Positions 1 to 11,691 of a DNA stretch of 64,000 bases are shown here, piece by piece. Position numbers and translations under genes: made by a program. The notes beneath the pieces were generated by a model, which was given only the letters and a program-made list of their open reading frames with translations, did not search any database and was not told the origin of the DNA. How positions within the stretch are numbered: position 1 is the stretch's first letter; every line of letters starts with the position of its first letter. Source of the DNA: Vermamoeba vermiformis (lineage: Eukaryota); the NCBI GenBank assembly GCA_045837725.1, contig JBEWZL010000238.1:124001-188000 (forward strand). Direction: 5' to 3'.

Positions 1-1303
1 GCACGTATTTAATTAAAGTCAACACTGTAAGTATTCATTTCTGGATCTGCCAAGATCAAAATCGGCCCGTTACTTATTGGTGATGCTTATAGGTGCTGGC
101 TCGCAAAATCAATCCAAATATTAAAGAAAAGAAAACATTCAAGTTTGCCGAATCATTTTTCTTCTTATTTTATTATTCCATTACATGGGCAGTTGGCATG
201 TACCTCTTGCAAGAGACTCCTTATTTGTGGGATAGCAGGTATGTAATATTACTATTATTATGATATTATTATACGATACTATTCAATTCAACCTCGAAAT
301 AATTTCCACCGCTTCAATTTCCAATCGTTTTCTTTCCGTTATTAATTGCGCTTATTCTAACACCAGCCATTTTTGGAAATTGTATCCGCACGGCATGTCG
401 ACGCTGTTCAAGGCCTACTACTTGGGCCAATTAGGTTTCTATCTCTCAGCCATTGTGTTCGAGTCTGGTCTGTTCACCAACATGCGCAAGAACTACAAGG
501 ACCGTTACATCATGATCACGCACCACCTTGTCACTTCGGGCCTCATTTACTTGTCTTACGTGCGAGGGTAAGTATACGAACTATACGGCATAGTAATTGA
601 TGATAACACAAATTATATACCGCTTTATTAAGATCCGGATCCAATTTCAGCCTCGGGATCTCCTTTTGACTTATAGACAATAGGAGTTATTAACACTATA
701 TGACTGGTAATATTATCGATACTAACAATCATATCATTGTCCTTTAGTTTCCAACGCATCGGCCACATGGTGTTCGTGTTGCACGACGTGAGTGACATAT
801 TGCTGGAGCTGTCCAAGAGCAGTCACTACACGGACTTCACAGTGTTCAAATTTGAAATCAAAAACGTCTTGTTCGCGGCATTTGCAGCCGTGTTCTTTGT
901 CAGTCGATTGGTGATCTATCCGTACCACTGCATTCGTAGCGGATTGTAAGTCATCAGATGGATATTCAACGAGAATACTAATTATAAAATGGCAGGTACG
1001 AGACCTATATGTATTTAGAGGACACTACTGGTGTGTTTACATCGAACGTGTTGATGATTGTTTTGCAGGTAAGATCCGGATCTACAATCAGTTGTGGTTA
1101 TTGATCTAATGTCATATTCGTAGTGCTTGCACGTATATTGGTTCTTCTTGATTATGCGTATGATCGTTCGTGCGTTCAAAGAGAAAAAGCTCGAAAAAGA
1201 CATCCGCTCTGACGACGAAGAAGGACTTTCAGACGAAGAGCCACACGAAAAGACCAAAAAGACTAAGACTAACGGCACCACTAGAAAGCGCAAGGATAAT
1301 TAA
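1..1303 (+). CDS. Ceramide synthase (TLC/Lag1 domain), 5'-truncated, multi-exon
   Basis: Lag1 motif RKNYKDRYIMITHHLVT...RIGHMVFVLHDVSDILLE, FFVSRLVIYP, and acidic C-terminal DIRSDDEE; stop TAA at 1301-1303. Confidence 0.9.
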
Positions 1304-1457
1304 TTAATTAAATTGAAATTTACCCCTGAATGTTGAATTCATTCTGGATGTACAACTAAAGAACTATTTGCATCAACAGCCGCATATTTACTATAGTAAC
1401 ACTCGCTCGAGCTAAAAACAAAAATTCTAAACGTATTCAATTAATGTCATATAGCAT

Positions 1458-3011
1458 TTAGGCTATCAAAGGTTGTCTCGTCGGATCCGCTCGTCGTGTG
1501 CGCACAAAGAAGAATATGACACCGCCAACAAGGGCAACACCCAATACTATTCCAACAATGATCAGAATAATTTCTGCACTGTTCGATTGGTCTTGTGTCG
1601 AGGGCTGACTCGTCGGTGAGTGTTGTTGACACTGTGCTGCGTGCTGAGCGATGGTTAGCGCTGCAGTAGTGGTGCAAATAAGAACCTTACCGCAATGGCG
1701 TACGTCTCATTCTGCAAGTGATTCAAGTAGCCCAACTGTTGCTTTGTGAATGCGTTGAGCTGGTTGCAATTCAAGTATGAGATTTGCAGCGGCGTCAGAT
1801 TGTGGACTTGAGCCTCCGTGATGGCTGGAATAATGGCCGCATTAATGGCCGCAAAGCTAATAGGACTGATTGCTCCGAATGCAACTGGTGACAGCTCTCG
1901 AAGTTGATCGGCACTGATGGCTGACACTGTGTCGTTGGTGAAGTATTGAGTGTGTGATTCGTTGAATAGTTTGAAGTCAGCAGCCGAAATCAAAGGCACG
2001 TGATCGACACGAAGTCCTTCGAATGCTGAGAAGTACAAGGATCGAATGATCTCTGCATTGAACACTGGTCCTTGAACAGCACTTTGATCACCCTTCTTGA
2101 GAAGTGCAATCTTCAACCACGTCACTGAAGACAAGTCTTGGGAGATTGTGTCCCACTCGGTCATGAACGGCACTTGTGAAGGAATGAACGATTTGAATTC
2201 TATCGATTTACTCAGTTAATATGCGAAGTTAATAATTCAAATTTGCGATAGATTACCTGCAGCTGCTTCAAGCGGATACATGTAAGTCTGAGCCACAGTC
2301 AAGTTGTTCACGAGCTCAAGCCTGTTGTTGTTGACAATAGTCTTCAGATTCGAAGCACTAATCTCTTCAAACGCTTCCCAGGATAAGTTGACCAACTGCT
2401 GTGCAGTAGCGCCAGTCCAAGCCGCATTGGATATTAATCTTGCTTGTTGTTCTTGCAGACCAACGAATGCTCGCGGAGGAATGTGACTCATTTGCGAGCC
2501 GTTGATATTTTCGAACACGAAGTATGGGGCCACAAAAATGCAGTCTGAAGTAAATCCAGAGAACTCTAGTGGAGTCATCATACCAACAAAATCGTACATA
2601 AGACCTTGGCACCCACCGTTGGAGATAGTAGTAAAATTCGAAAGACAATCGGCCACGAGACCAGGCGCAGATCCAACAGCCAGAGCACTGACTTGATTCG
2701 ATTTAAAACCCGTGCAAGACTGTTAAATGAATTTTCAGTAAGGTATTATAATTGGGCATCAGATTGTAAACTATGCTCGGTGGATGTAGCAAGTTTGTAC
2801 TGATCGAAAAAAAATTAAAAATTTACTTTGTTTCCTGCCTTACCTGAGAAGGAATCGACGATAGTTCCTGGCTTGTGATTGTAGTGAAATCAAGGGCAGG
2901 CAAGGTGCTTAATTCAGCGGCGGTAATGTTCGCCCAGTTCACGCATCCGCCCATCTGGAGCGTGCTAATGCTTAGAACGATTATCAAAATTGTGGTGGTA
3001 GTGCTCTTCAT
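1458..3011 (-). CDS. Type I membrane surface protein, Cys-repeat family copy 1 (about one repeat unit)
   Basis: Signal peptide MKSTTTTILIIVLSIS; shares the block FIPSQVPFMTEWDTISQDLSSVTWLKIALLKKGDQ with copies 2 and 3; last exon gives TM IILIIVGIVLGVALVGGVIFFFV and tail RTRRADPTRQPLIA*. Confidence 0.8.
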
Positions 3012-3184
3012 TGGATCGTATATAAAATGTAAACGTGGAGTATCCTAAACATTTCTACGAACCCACGTGCCCGAATTATTGTACTGTTCTAACGAAAACT
3101 TATTCCGATGAAATCACGAAGGCTATTTTGGGATCCCTTCGCAAACCTTTTTATTTTATAAGAATAAGCAGTATAACAGAGTGG

Positions 3185-6100
3185 TTAGTTCAACAAAGGT
3201 TGTATCGTCGGATCTGCGCGTTGTCTGCGCACAATGTAGAATGTAGCGCCACCAATGACAACCACAGCCAAGATAACGCCAGCAACGATCAAAAAGATTT
3301 CTGTAAATAAAAGCCGTGTTAATACATATCATTTGCGACCTGTTCGGTTGTATATATAAGACTTACTCGCGCCGCTCAATGGTTGAATTTGTCCTGCAGG
3401 TCCTTGGCTCGCTAAAGGTCCATGACTTGGTCCTTGTGCCGAGCTGCTGGGAGTGTTGCCAGCCACAGGAGTATCAATCGGGGGTGGTGGTGGATTGTAC
3501 GTGGGCGCTGCAGTGAATGGAGGCGCAATGGCGCCGCATTGAGCTTTGTACTAAACAACACTTCATTAGTACTGACGAACAAACCTTTATAAATTTAATC
3601 TTACCGTCGAGTCAAAGGTTTGTTTTTGATACCAATCGAAATTGCTCAATTGGTCCATGCTGAAGGCTTGAAGTTGTTTGCATGACATCAACTGAATTTG
3701 ATTCCGTGTCAAATATCTGATCTGACCGCCAGTGATGGCTGACACGACTTGCGAGTTGAGACCACTCAAACCAAACGGACTGATCGCTCCGAATGCAACT
3801 GGTGACAGCTCTCGAAGTTGATCGGCACTGATGGCTGACACTGTGTCGTTGGTGAAGTATTGAGTGTGTGATTTGTTGAACAGCTTGAAGTCAGCAGCTG
3901 CAATCAGAGGCACGTGATCGACACGAAGTCCTTCGAATGCTGAGAAGTGCAAGGATCGAATGATCTCTGCATTGAACACTGGTCCTTGAACAGTGCTTTG
4001 ATCACCCTTCTTGAGAAGTGCAATCTTCAACCACGTCACTGAAGACAAGTCTTGGGAGATTGTGTCCCACTCGGTCAAGAACGGCACTTGTGAAGGAATG
4101 AACGATTTGAACTCTGTCATATTCACAACGTTAATAATCGTTAAATCATAGGTGATAGTTAAAAAGTACCTGCGGCGTTTTTCAGTGGATATTGGGAGGT
4201 CTGTTCAACGGTGAAGATGTTCACAATGTCAAGAGTGTACATGTTGACGATGATCTTCAACGCACTTGGACGAAGACCTGAGAATCCGTTGTATGTCAAG
4301 TACGTCAACTGTGACTTTGAAACGCCATTCCAAGCTTCATCAGGGATGTTAACGACTTGACCGCCGTAAAGTCCTTGGAACGAGAGTGGAGGAATGTGAC
4401 TCATCTGCGTGCTGTTGATGTTTGAAAATACTCCGAATGAAGCGGCAGCGATGCAGTCTTTTCTGAACCCTTCGAAAGTTGAAGGTGTCATTTGACCGAC
4501 GAATGGACCTTGCAGACCTTGGCATCCTCCGTATGAGCCAGAAGAGAAGTTGGCGAGACAACCGACTTTGAGACCAGGTGCTGCTGATGGTGGGAAGTTC
4601 GGCGTCTGTGAATATTGAAAACCATTGCACGAGGAGTCAGTCAGTGCTGCCAACTGTTCGCTTGACACTTGAGAGAATGCTCGACTCGGAGCTTGCTTAA
4701 TGCAATCAGCTTGAAGGCCGCTGAATGCTTGAGGGTCTATCGAGGCAACGAACGCAGCTTGAAGACCTGCGCAGCCACCAAATCCGTCACTTGTTGCGGA
4801 GAACTGCGAGAGACAAGCAGCGGTCATGCCTCCGCCACTCGTCGAATTGAAGTTTGTCACGGTACTGTACATAAAGCCACTGCACGCAGAGCTGTTGATT
4901 TGTGCCCATTGTTCAGCTTTGACTTGTGCGAAGGCTTGTGCGGGAAGTTGTTTCGTGCATGCTGCAGTCCAGCCAGCGAAGGCTTGCGGGTTAATGTTGC
5001 CAACAAATCTGGCTTGGAATCCAGCACAACCACCGAATCCATCGCTTGTGGCCGAGAACTGCGAGAGACAAGCCGAAGTGAGTTGAGAGCCACCCAGAGG
5101 ATTGAAGTTCGTCACAGTACTGTATAAGAAACCACTGCAGGCAGAGGGATTGATCTTTGCAAACTGTTCGGGGCGAACTTGTGAAAACGCTTGATTTGGA
5201 AGCTGTTTGGTGCATTGTGCGGTCCAGCCAGCGAAGGCATCGGGGTTGATTGAGCTCACGAATGCAGATTGAAGACCTGCGCAGCCACCGAAGCCATCAC
5301 TTGTCGCGGAGAATTGAGACAGACACGCAGCGGTCATGCCTCCTCCGCTCGATGGGTTGAAGTTTGTCACGGTACTGTACATAAAGCCACTGCACGCAGA
5401 GCTGTTGATTTGTGCCCATTGTTCAGCTTTGACTTGTGCGAAGGCTTGTGAGGGAAGTTGTTTCGTGCATGCTGCAGTCCAACCGGCAAAAGCTGCGGGA
5501 TTAATCGAGCCAACGAATGCGGATTGAAGACCTGCGCAGCCACCGTAGCCGTCACTTGTCGCGGAGAACTGCGAGAGACAAGCAGCGGTCATGCCTCCTC
5601 CGCCCGCCGGATTGAAGTTGGTGACTGTGTTGTAGAGGAAACCGCTGCATGCAGAGCCGTTCATGAACGACCATTGTTCGGTCCTGACTTGAGCGAAGGC
5701 GTGTGATCCAAGTTGTTTCGTGCACTCAGCAGTCCAGCCAGCGAAAGCTTGAGGATTGATCGAGCCAACGAACGCAGGTTGAAAACCGGAGCAGCCACCG
5801 TATGTTGAAGTCGAGAACTGTGACAGACACGCAGCGGTCATGCCTCCTCCGCTTGTCGGATTGAAGTTAGCGACTGTAGTGCCTTGAAAGCCGCTGCATG
5901 CAGAGCCGTTGATTTGTTCCCATTGGTCGGCCCTGACTTGTTCGAATGTTCGTGATCCAAGTTGTTTCGTGCACTCGGCAGTCCAGCCAGCGAAGGCTTG
6001 AGGATTGATCGAGCCAACGAACGCGGGTTGAAGTCCAGAGCAGCCACCATACGTGTCAGTTGAGAACTGAGACAGACAAGCAGCGGTCATGCCTCCGCCA

Positions 6101-6672
6101 CTCATTGGATTGAAATTGGCGACTGTGGTGCCTTGAAAGCCGCTGCACGCAGAGCTGTTGATTTGTGCCCACTGTTCATCTGTGACGCGTGCGAAGGCTT
6201 GTGAGGGAAGTTGTTTCGTGCATGCTGCAGTCCAGCCAGCGAAGGCTTGAGGATCCATGGCACCAACAAACACTGAAGCAAAGCCAGAGCAGCCACCGTA
6301 CGTGGTTGTGGGGAATTGAGCGAGACAAGCGGCTTTGAGACCAGTTGCAGCAGTGGAAGGTAAAGCACTCACTTGCGAATCTTGAAATCCTTGGCATGCC
6401 TTTAATAAATCAATCGATGTTAATTTAGGGTGCAGTTGTTCAAGTAGGCGCCGAAATTAATTTGTTGCAAGAAGTATCGAGCCAGATCGAAAAACGGATC
6501 TACTTTTAATTACCTGCGGCGGAATAGATGCAAGCTCCTGTGTTGTAATTGTTGCAAATGCACTGGTGGGCAAATTCTTCAATTCAGTGGCAGTGATATT
6601 TGACCAGTTCACGCATTGGATCGCACCAATGCTCAACACGAGCAAGAGTGCTGTTCTGGTTATGCTCTTCAT
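3185..6672 (-). CDS. Type I membrane surface protein, Cys-repeat family copy 2 (about 8 units of 83-85 aa)
   Basis: Signal peptide MKSITRTALLLVLSIGAIQC; 737-aa repeat exon 4159-6372; Pro/Ser-rich stalk; TM; tail RRQRADPTIQPLLN*. Confidence 0.85.
4560..6340 (-). repeat. Coding tandem repeat, 249-255 bp unit
   Basis: GCAGCGGTCATGCCTCC recurs at about 250-bp spacing (for example ~5831 and ~6080); peptide unit MTAACLSQFS...GGCxG...FAGWTAxCTKQL...INxSACSGF...NFNPxSGGG. Confidence 0.95.
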
Positions 6673-6911
6673 GATGATGCTTCTCATGATTTGACATATA
6701 AAAAACATGTGGCAGATATTTAGCTATAAAAAGATCCAACGAGACTTCCCAAAAATGCCGTAACGTGCGTTTTTGGGATGGAAATTGCGTTGAAAAGTCC
6801 AAATCTCGTTAACGTCCAATTAAGTGGACATGAGGTCGTATATTCTTGCGAAGAATTAATTCGTTGTCGATTTATTTAGCGAAGCTTACTTGTGGGCAAC
6901 AAACATAGCTC

Positions 6912-9818
6912 TTACAACAATGGCTTTCTTTCAGGATCTCCTCGTCTTCTACGCACAAAGAAGTATATTACTCCACCGATGACCACGGCACCCAATACTG
7001 CAGCGGCGACGATCAAAAAGATTTCTTCGAAATAAGAGTCTGATTAGCAAAGAGCAGATCGCGCTTGGTGGCACTTACCGGCTCCGCTCATACGGGATTG
7101 AGTTCCAGAGGGACTTGACGCAGGCGAATCATTAGGTGGATAGTACGTGGGTGCTGCTGTGAAGGGAGGTGCAACGACGCCGCATTGAGCTTTGTACTAA
7201 AACAAACAAAGTCAGAACATTTGCATTTACTGCGCCAATCTTACCGTCGAGTCAAAGGTTTGTTGTTGATACTCATTGAAGTTGCTCAATTGATCCATGC
7301 TGAAGGCTTGAAGTTGTTTGCACGACATCACCTGAATTTGATTCCGTGTCAAATATCTGATCTGATCGCCAGTGATGGCTGACACGACTTGTGAGTTGAG
7401 ACCACTCAAACCAAACGGACTGATCGCTCCGAATGCAACTGGTGACAGCTCTCGAAGTTGATCGGCACTGATGGCTGACACTGTGTCGTTGGGAAAGTAT
7501 TGAGTGTGAGTCTCATTGAACAGCTTGAAGTCTGAAGCTGCAATCAAAGGCACGTGATCGACGCGAAGTCCTTCGAATGCTGAGTAGTACAAGGATCGAA
7601 TGATCTCTGCATTGAACACTGGTCCTTGAACAGCACTTTGATCACCCTTCTTGAGAAGTGCAATCTTCAACCACGTCACTGAAGACAAGTCTTGGGAGAT
7701 TGTGTCCCACTCAGTCATGAATTGTACTTGTGAAGGAATGAACGATTTGAACTCTGTCATATTCACAACGTTAGTAATCATTAAATCCGAAGTAATAGTT
7801 CAAACATTACCTGCAGCATATTTGAGTGGATATTGGGAGGTCTGTGCAACGGTGAAGATGTTCACAATGTCAAGAGTGTACATGTTGACGATGATCTTCA
7901 ATGCACTTGGACGAAGACCTGAGAAGCCGTTGTATGTCAAGTACGTCAACTGTGACTTTGAAACGCCGTTCCAAGCTTCATCAGGGATGTTAACAACTTG
8001 ACTGCCGAAAAGTCCTTGGAACGAGAGTGGTGGAATGTGACTCATCTGCGTGCTGTTGATGTTTGCAAACAAGCTGCTCACACCAACAGTAATACACTCT
8101 TTGCTGAACCCTTCGAAAGTTGAAGGTGTCATTTGACCAACGAATGGACCTTGCAGACCTTGGCATCCTCCGTATGTGCTTGTAGAGAATTTAGCGAGAC
8201 AACCGACTTTGAGACCGGGTGCTGCTGATGGCGGGAGGTTCATCACCTGAGAATCTTGGAAGCCAGCGCATGATGAGTCCGTAAGTGCTGCCAACTGTTC
8301 GCTTGACACTTGAGAGAATGCTCGACTTGGAGATTGCTTAATGCAATCAGCTTGAAGGCCGCTAATGGCTTGAGGATCAATTGAGGCAACGAATGCAGCT
8401 TGAAGACCGGAGCAGCCACCATAAGTGGAAGTCGAGAACTGAGACAGACACGCCGCTGTCATGCCTCCTCCACTCGTTGAGTTGAAGTTAGTGACCGTGC
8501 TATCTTGGAAGCCACTGCACGCAGAGCTGTTGATCAGCTTCCATTGTTCAGCTTTGACTTGTGCGAAGGCTTGTGAGGGAAGTTGTTTCGCGCACTCAGC
8601 AGTCCAGCCAGCGAAGGCTTGAGGGTTGATCGAGCCAACGAATGCAGCTTGCAGGCCAGAGCAGCCACCGTATGTTGAAGCGGAGAACTGAGACAGACAC
8701 GCAGCGGTCATGCCTCCTCCACTTGTAGGATTGAAGTTAGTGGCAGTTGAGTCTTGGAAGCCACTGCACGCAGAGCTATTGATCTGTGCCCATTGGTCGC
8801 TCGTTACTTGTGAGAATGCTCGACTAGGAAGTTGTTTAATGCAATTTAAAGTCCAGCCAGCAAAAGCTTGAGGGTTGATCGAGCCAACAAAAGCACCTTG
8901 AAGTCCAGAGCAGCCACCGTATGTTGAAGTTGAGAACTGTGACAGACACGCAGCGGTCATGCCCCCTCCACTTGTTGGATTGAAGTTGGTGACTGTTGAG
9001 TCTTGGAAGCCACTGCATGCAGAGACGCTGATAGCCGCCCATTGCTCACTCGTCACTTGAGCAAAAGCTCGTGACGGCAACTGTTTCGTGCACTCAGCGG
9101 TCCAGCCAGCAAAGGCTTGAGGATTGATCGAGCCAACGAACGCAGCTTGAAAACCGGAGCAGCCACCGTATGTTGAAGTTGAGAACTGTGACAGACACGC
9201 AGCTGTCATGCCTCCTCCACTCGTTGAGTTGAAGTTAGTTACGGTTGAGTCTTGAAAGCCGCTGCATGCAGAGCTGTTGATTTGTGCCCACTGTTCAGCT
9301 GTGACGCGTGCGAAGGCTTGTGAGGGAAGTTGTTTTGTGCATGCTGCAGTCCAGCCAGCGAAGGCTTGAGGGTCCATGGCTCCAACAAACACTGGGACAA
9401 AGCCAGAGCAGCCACCGTAAGTGGTTGTGGGGAATTGAGCGAGACAAGCAGCTTTGAGACCAGATGCGGCACTGGAAGGTAAAGCACTCACTTGCGAATC
9501 TTGAAATCCTTGGCATGCCTTTAATAAATCAAAAAGATTATATTATTATAATCTGCTGGAAGTTAGCCATAAAATGTGTATCAGTTTAATTTTAAATCTA
9601 AATCCGATCTGTCAATAATTGCAACAAATGTTCATTTATAATCACTATCGTTGATGTACCTCGGGTGGGATCGACGAAAGTTCATCTGCTGTAATTGATT
9701 GAAATGCACTTGTGGGCAAATTCTTCAATTCAGTGGCAGTGATATTTGACCAGTTCACGCATTGGATCGCACCAATGCTCAACACGAGCAAGAGTGCTGT
9801 TGTGGTGATGCTCTTCAT
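6912..9818 (-). CDS. Type I membrane surface protein, Cys-repeat family copy 3 (about 6 units of 83 aa)
   Basis: Signal peptide MKSITTTALLLVLSIGAIQC; 563-aa repeat exon 7800-9491; TM; tail RRRRGDPERKPLL*. Confidence 0.85.
8200..9460 (-). repeat. Coding tandem repeat, 249 bp unit
   Basis: Same unit as in copy 2: four MTAAC units between an LKAAC unit and an LKVGC unit. Confidence 0.95.
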
Positions 9819-9990
9819 GATTATGCGCGAATAAAAAAAAAGTTCCTGAATCGTAAGGAAAGGGACAAGTAGGGACAACTTTGGCGTTTTGTGTACAAAA
9901 TTGCGAAGTTTGTTTATTGCGAATTTAAAGCCAATCCTACTGTCGATATTATCAACAGGGTTGATTTAATATGGCCAATATTTGTACGGA

Positions 9991-10260
9991 GCATTTAGGC
10001 TAACAAAGGTTGTCTCGCCGGATCAGATCTTCTCTGCGCAAAGACAAATCGAAATCAACAGCATTTATGCGATAATCTACTTAAAGAGGGTCCTGATAGC
10101 TAACTCGCTTCCTACGTTGACTTCCCTGTACGATCCGTAGTTGATTCTGTCATACAGGTCCTTGGCTTGGTCCTTGAATGCTCTTTCTAGGAGCATTAAT
10201 AATTAGGTGCCGCCATGTCGAGGAACGTCGGTCGATCGAGGATACCAAGTCGGTGGACGG
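9991..10260 (-). pseudogene. Relic 3' fragment of a fourth Cys-repeat family gene
   Basis: 9991-10045 GCATTTAGGCTAACAAAGGTTGTCTCGCCGGATC nearly matches the copy 1 end at ~1454-1487 and reads VFAQRRSDPARQPLLA*; CAGGTCCTTGGCT at ~10155 resembles the copy 2 stalk; no TM, repeat or signal exons found. Confidence 0.6.
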
Positions 10261-10450
10261 ATTTGGGCTGGTAACTATTTATCGACCGATACCTCGGAGG
10301 AAAGAGGCTTCTATATGGCTGAACAATATTCTGAATAATTACTAATGTTGGCTAACTTGAGGTGGCCATATTTCGCAATTGCGAAAATAAGTAAGAAAAT
10401 TCGTCGGATCGCAACTTTGATGCCAGAATCTTGATTCATCAATAACACAA

Positions 10451-11575
10451 ATGGTTAAAAAAGATACTTGCGCGAGATGTAGTCTCATGACTACCAACAT
10501 AGTCGGCATGGTAACCGATGAGCAACTTTGATCTTCCTCAGATCTGAAATACTGACCGGATTAATTAGGCTATCGGTGTCGTCATCATCGTATTGGGTAT
10601 TATTACGATCTTTTCTTGGGATGTAAGTGCGAAATTGTTGCAAAATGAACTTAAATCCAAATCTTGCAGTCAACAATGTTTACTGATATTTACAATAGGA
10701 GTACCCCGAAATTGTAACTGAATTCCAACGCTTCGGAAGACCTGTTTCTATTGCTGTAATCTGTCTTGGAAGGTAAGGACTTAAATTTAATATTAATTTT
10801 AGTAGTATACGCGATTGGCGCGGCAAATAATTGATTATACCACCTGTTTTTATTTATACAATTTGACAGGATTTTAAATGCTTACAGATGTCGATCGCAG
10901 GTCTAATTTTTCTTTTTGTAGCTTCATCGTCGGCTTGACTCTCCTCGGTTGCCTTGGTGTTAAATACAAAAAGAGAGCTTTGATTATTATCGTATCCTTT
11001 AAATACTCACACGGGTGATTTCATCTCACGATCCACCAGATCGAGCGTTATTTTTAGACCTTGACTCTACCGTAGTACTTAATCTTCTTCGCATTGTTAG
11101 TGCTCCTCACTTGGGGTGTCGGCATTGGTTCATTCGTCTCGGTTACCGCTTTGAAGAACGATTTGGGACCAGGTAAGTGCTGTCACAACCCACCACTTGA
11201 CCTCACTGTCCTAACACGTGCCTGACTCAATTTTTACTTAGCTTGGAACACCTTGCCGCGCAACATCACTGAAGGCATTGAAAAGGAATACAAGTGCTGT
11301 GGCTGGGACAAAACGACCGACGATCCCGATTGCGCTGTCGTGTCCTCCGATCCTTGCGGTCCTATTGTCGTATGTACTCGATAAGCTTTACACTAGCAAA
11401 GTACACATCTAACCACCGCCCTTCTCAGGTCGATCTCGTGTCCAAGCCGTTCTTCGTCGTTGGTGGTGTGCTCATCGTGTTGGGCATCATTTACACGCTC
11501 GTGTTCATCTTTACTGCATTGTACGCTCGTCGCATGAAAAAGCGCGAGACTGACGGCTACGCTGAAGTATTTTAA
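10451..11575 (+). CDS. Tetraspanin, multi-exon
   Basis: Spliced product MVKKDTCARC... has four TM segments, the EC2 CCG motif (EYKCCGWD) plus two more Cys, and a C-terminal YAEVF sorting motif. Confidence 0.85.
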
Positions 11576-11691
11576 ACTTTTAAATATATAAATTTCGTTT
11601 ACTAAACACGAAATTCCGTTCGCGTACTGGATCCAAACAATGCAGCGATAATACCAACGTATCAGCTATAACTATATTATACTACCAACAC

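Noticed and set aside
4669-5706. Plus-strand ORFs overlapping the repeat genes
   Set aside because: Antisense shadows of the repetitive minus-strand CDS with no independent motifs.
4560-9460. CRISPR array or non-coding satellite
   Set aside because: Units are about 249 bp, in frame, with synonymous variation and no unique spacers; they are coding repeats.
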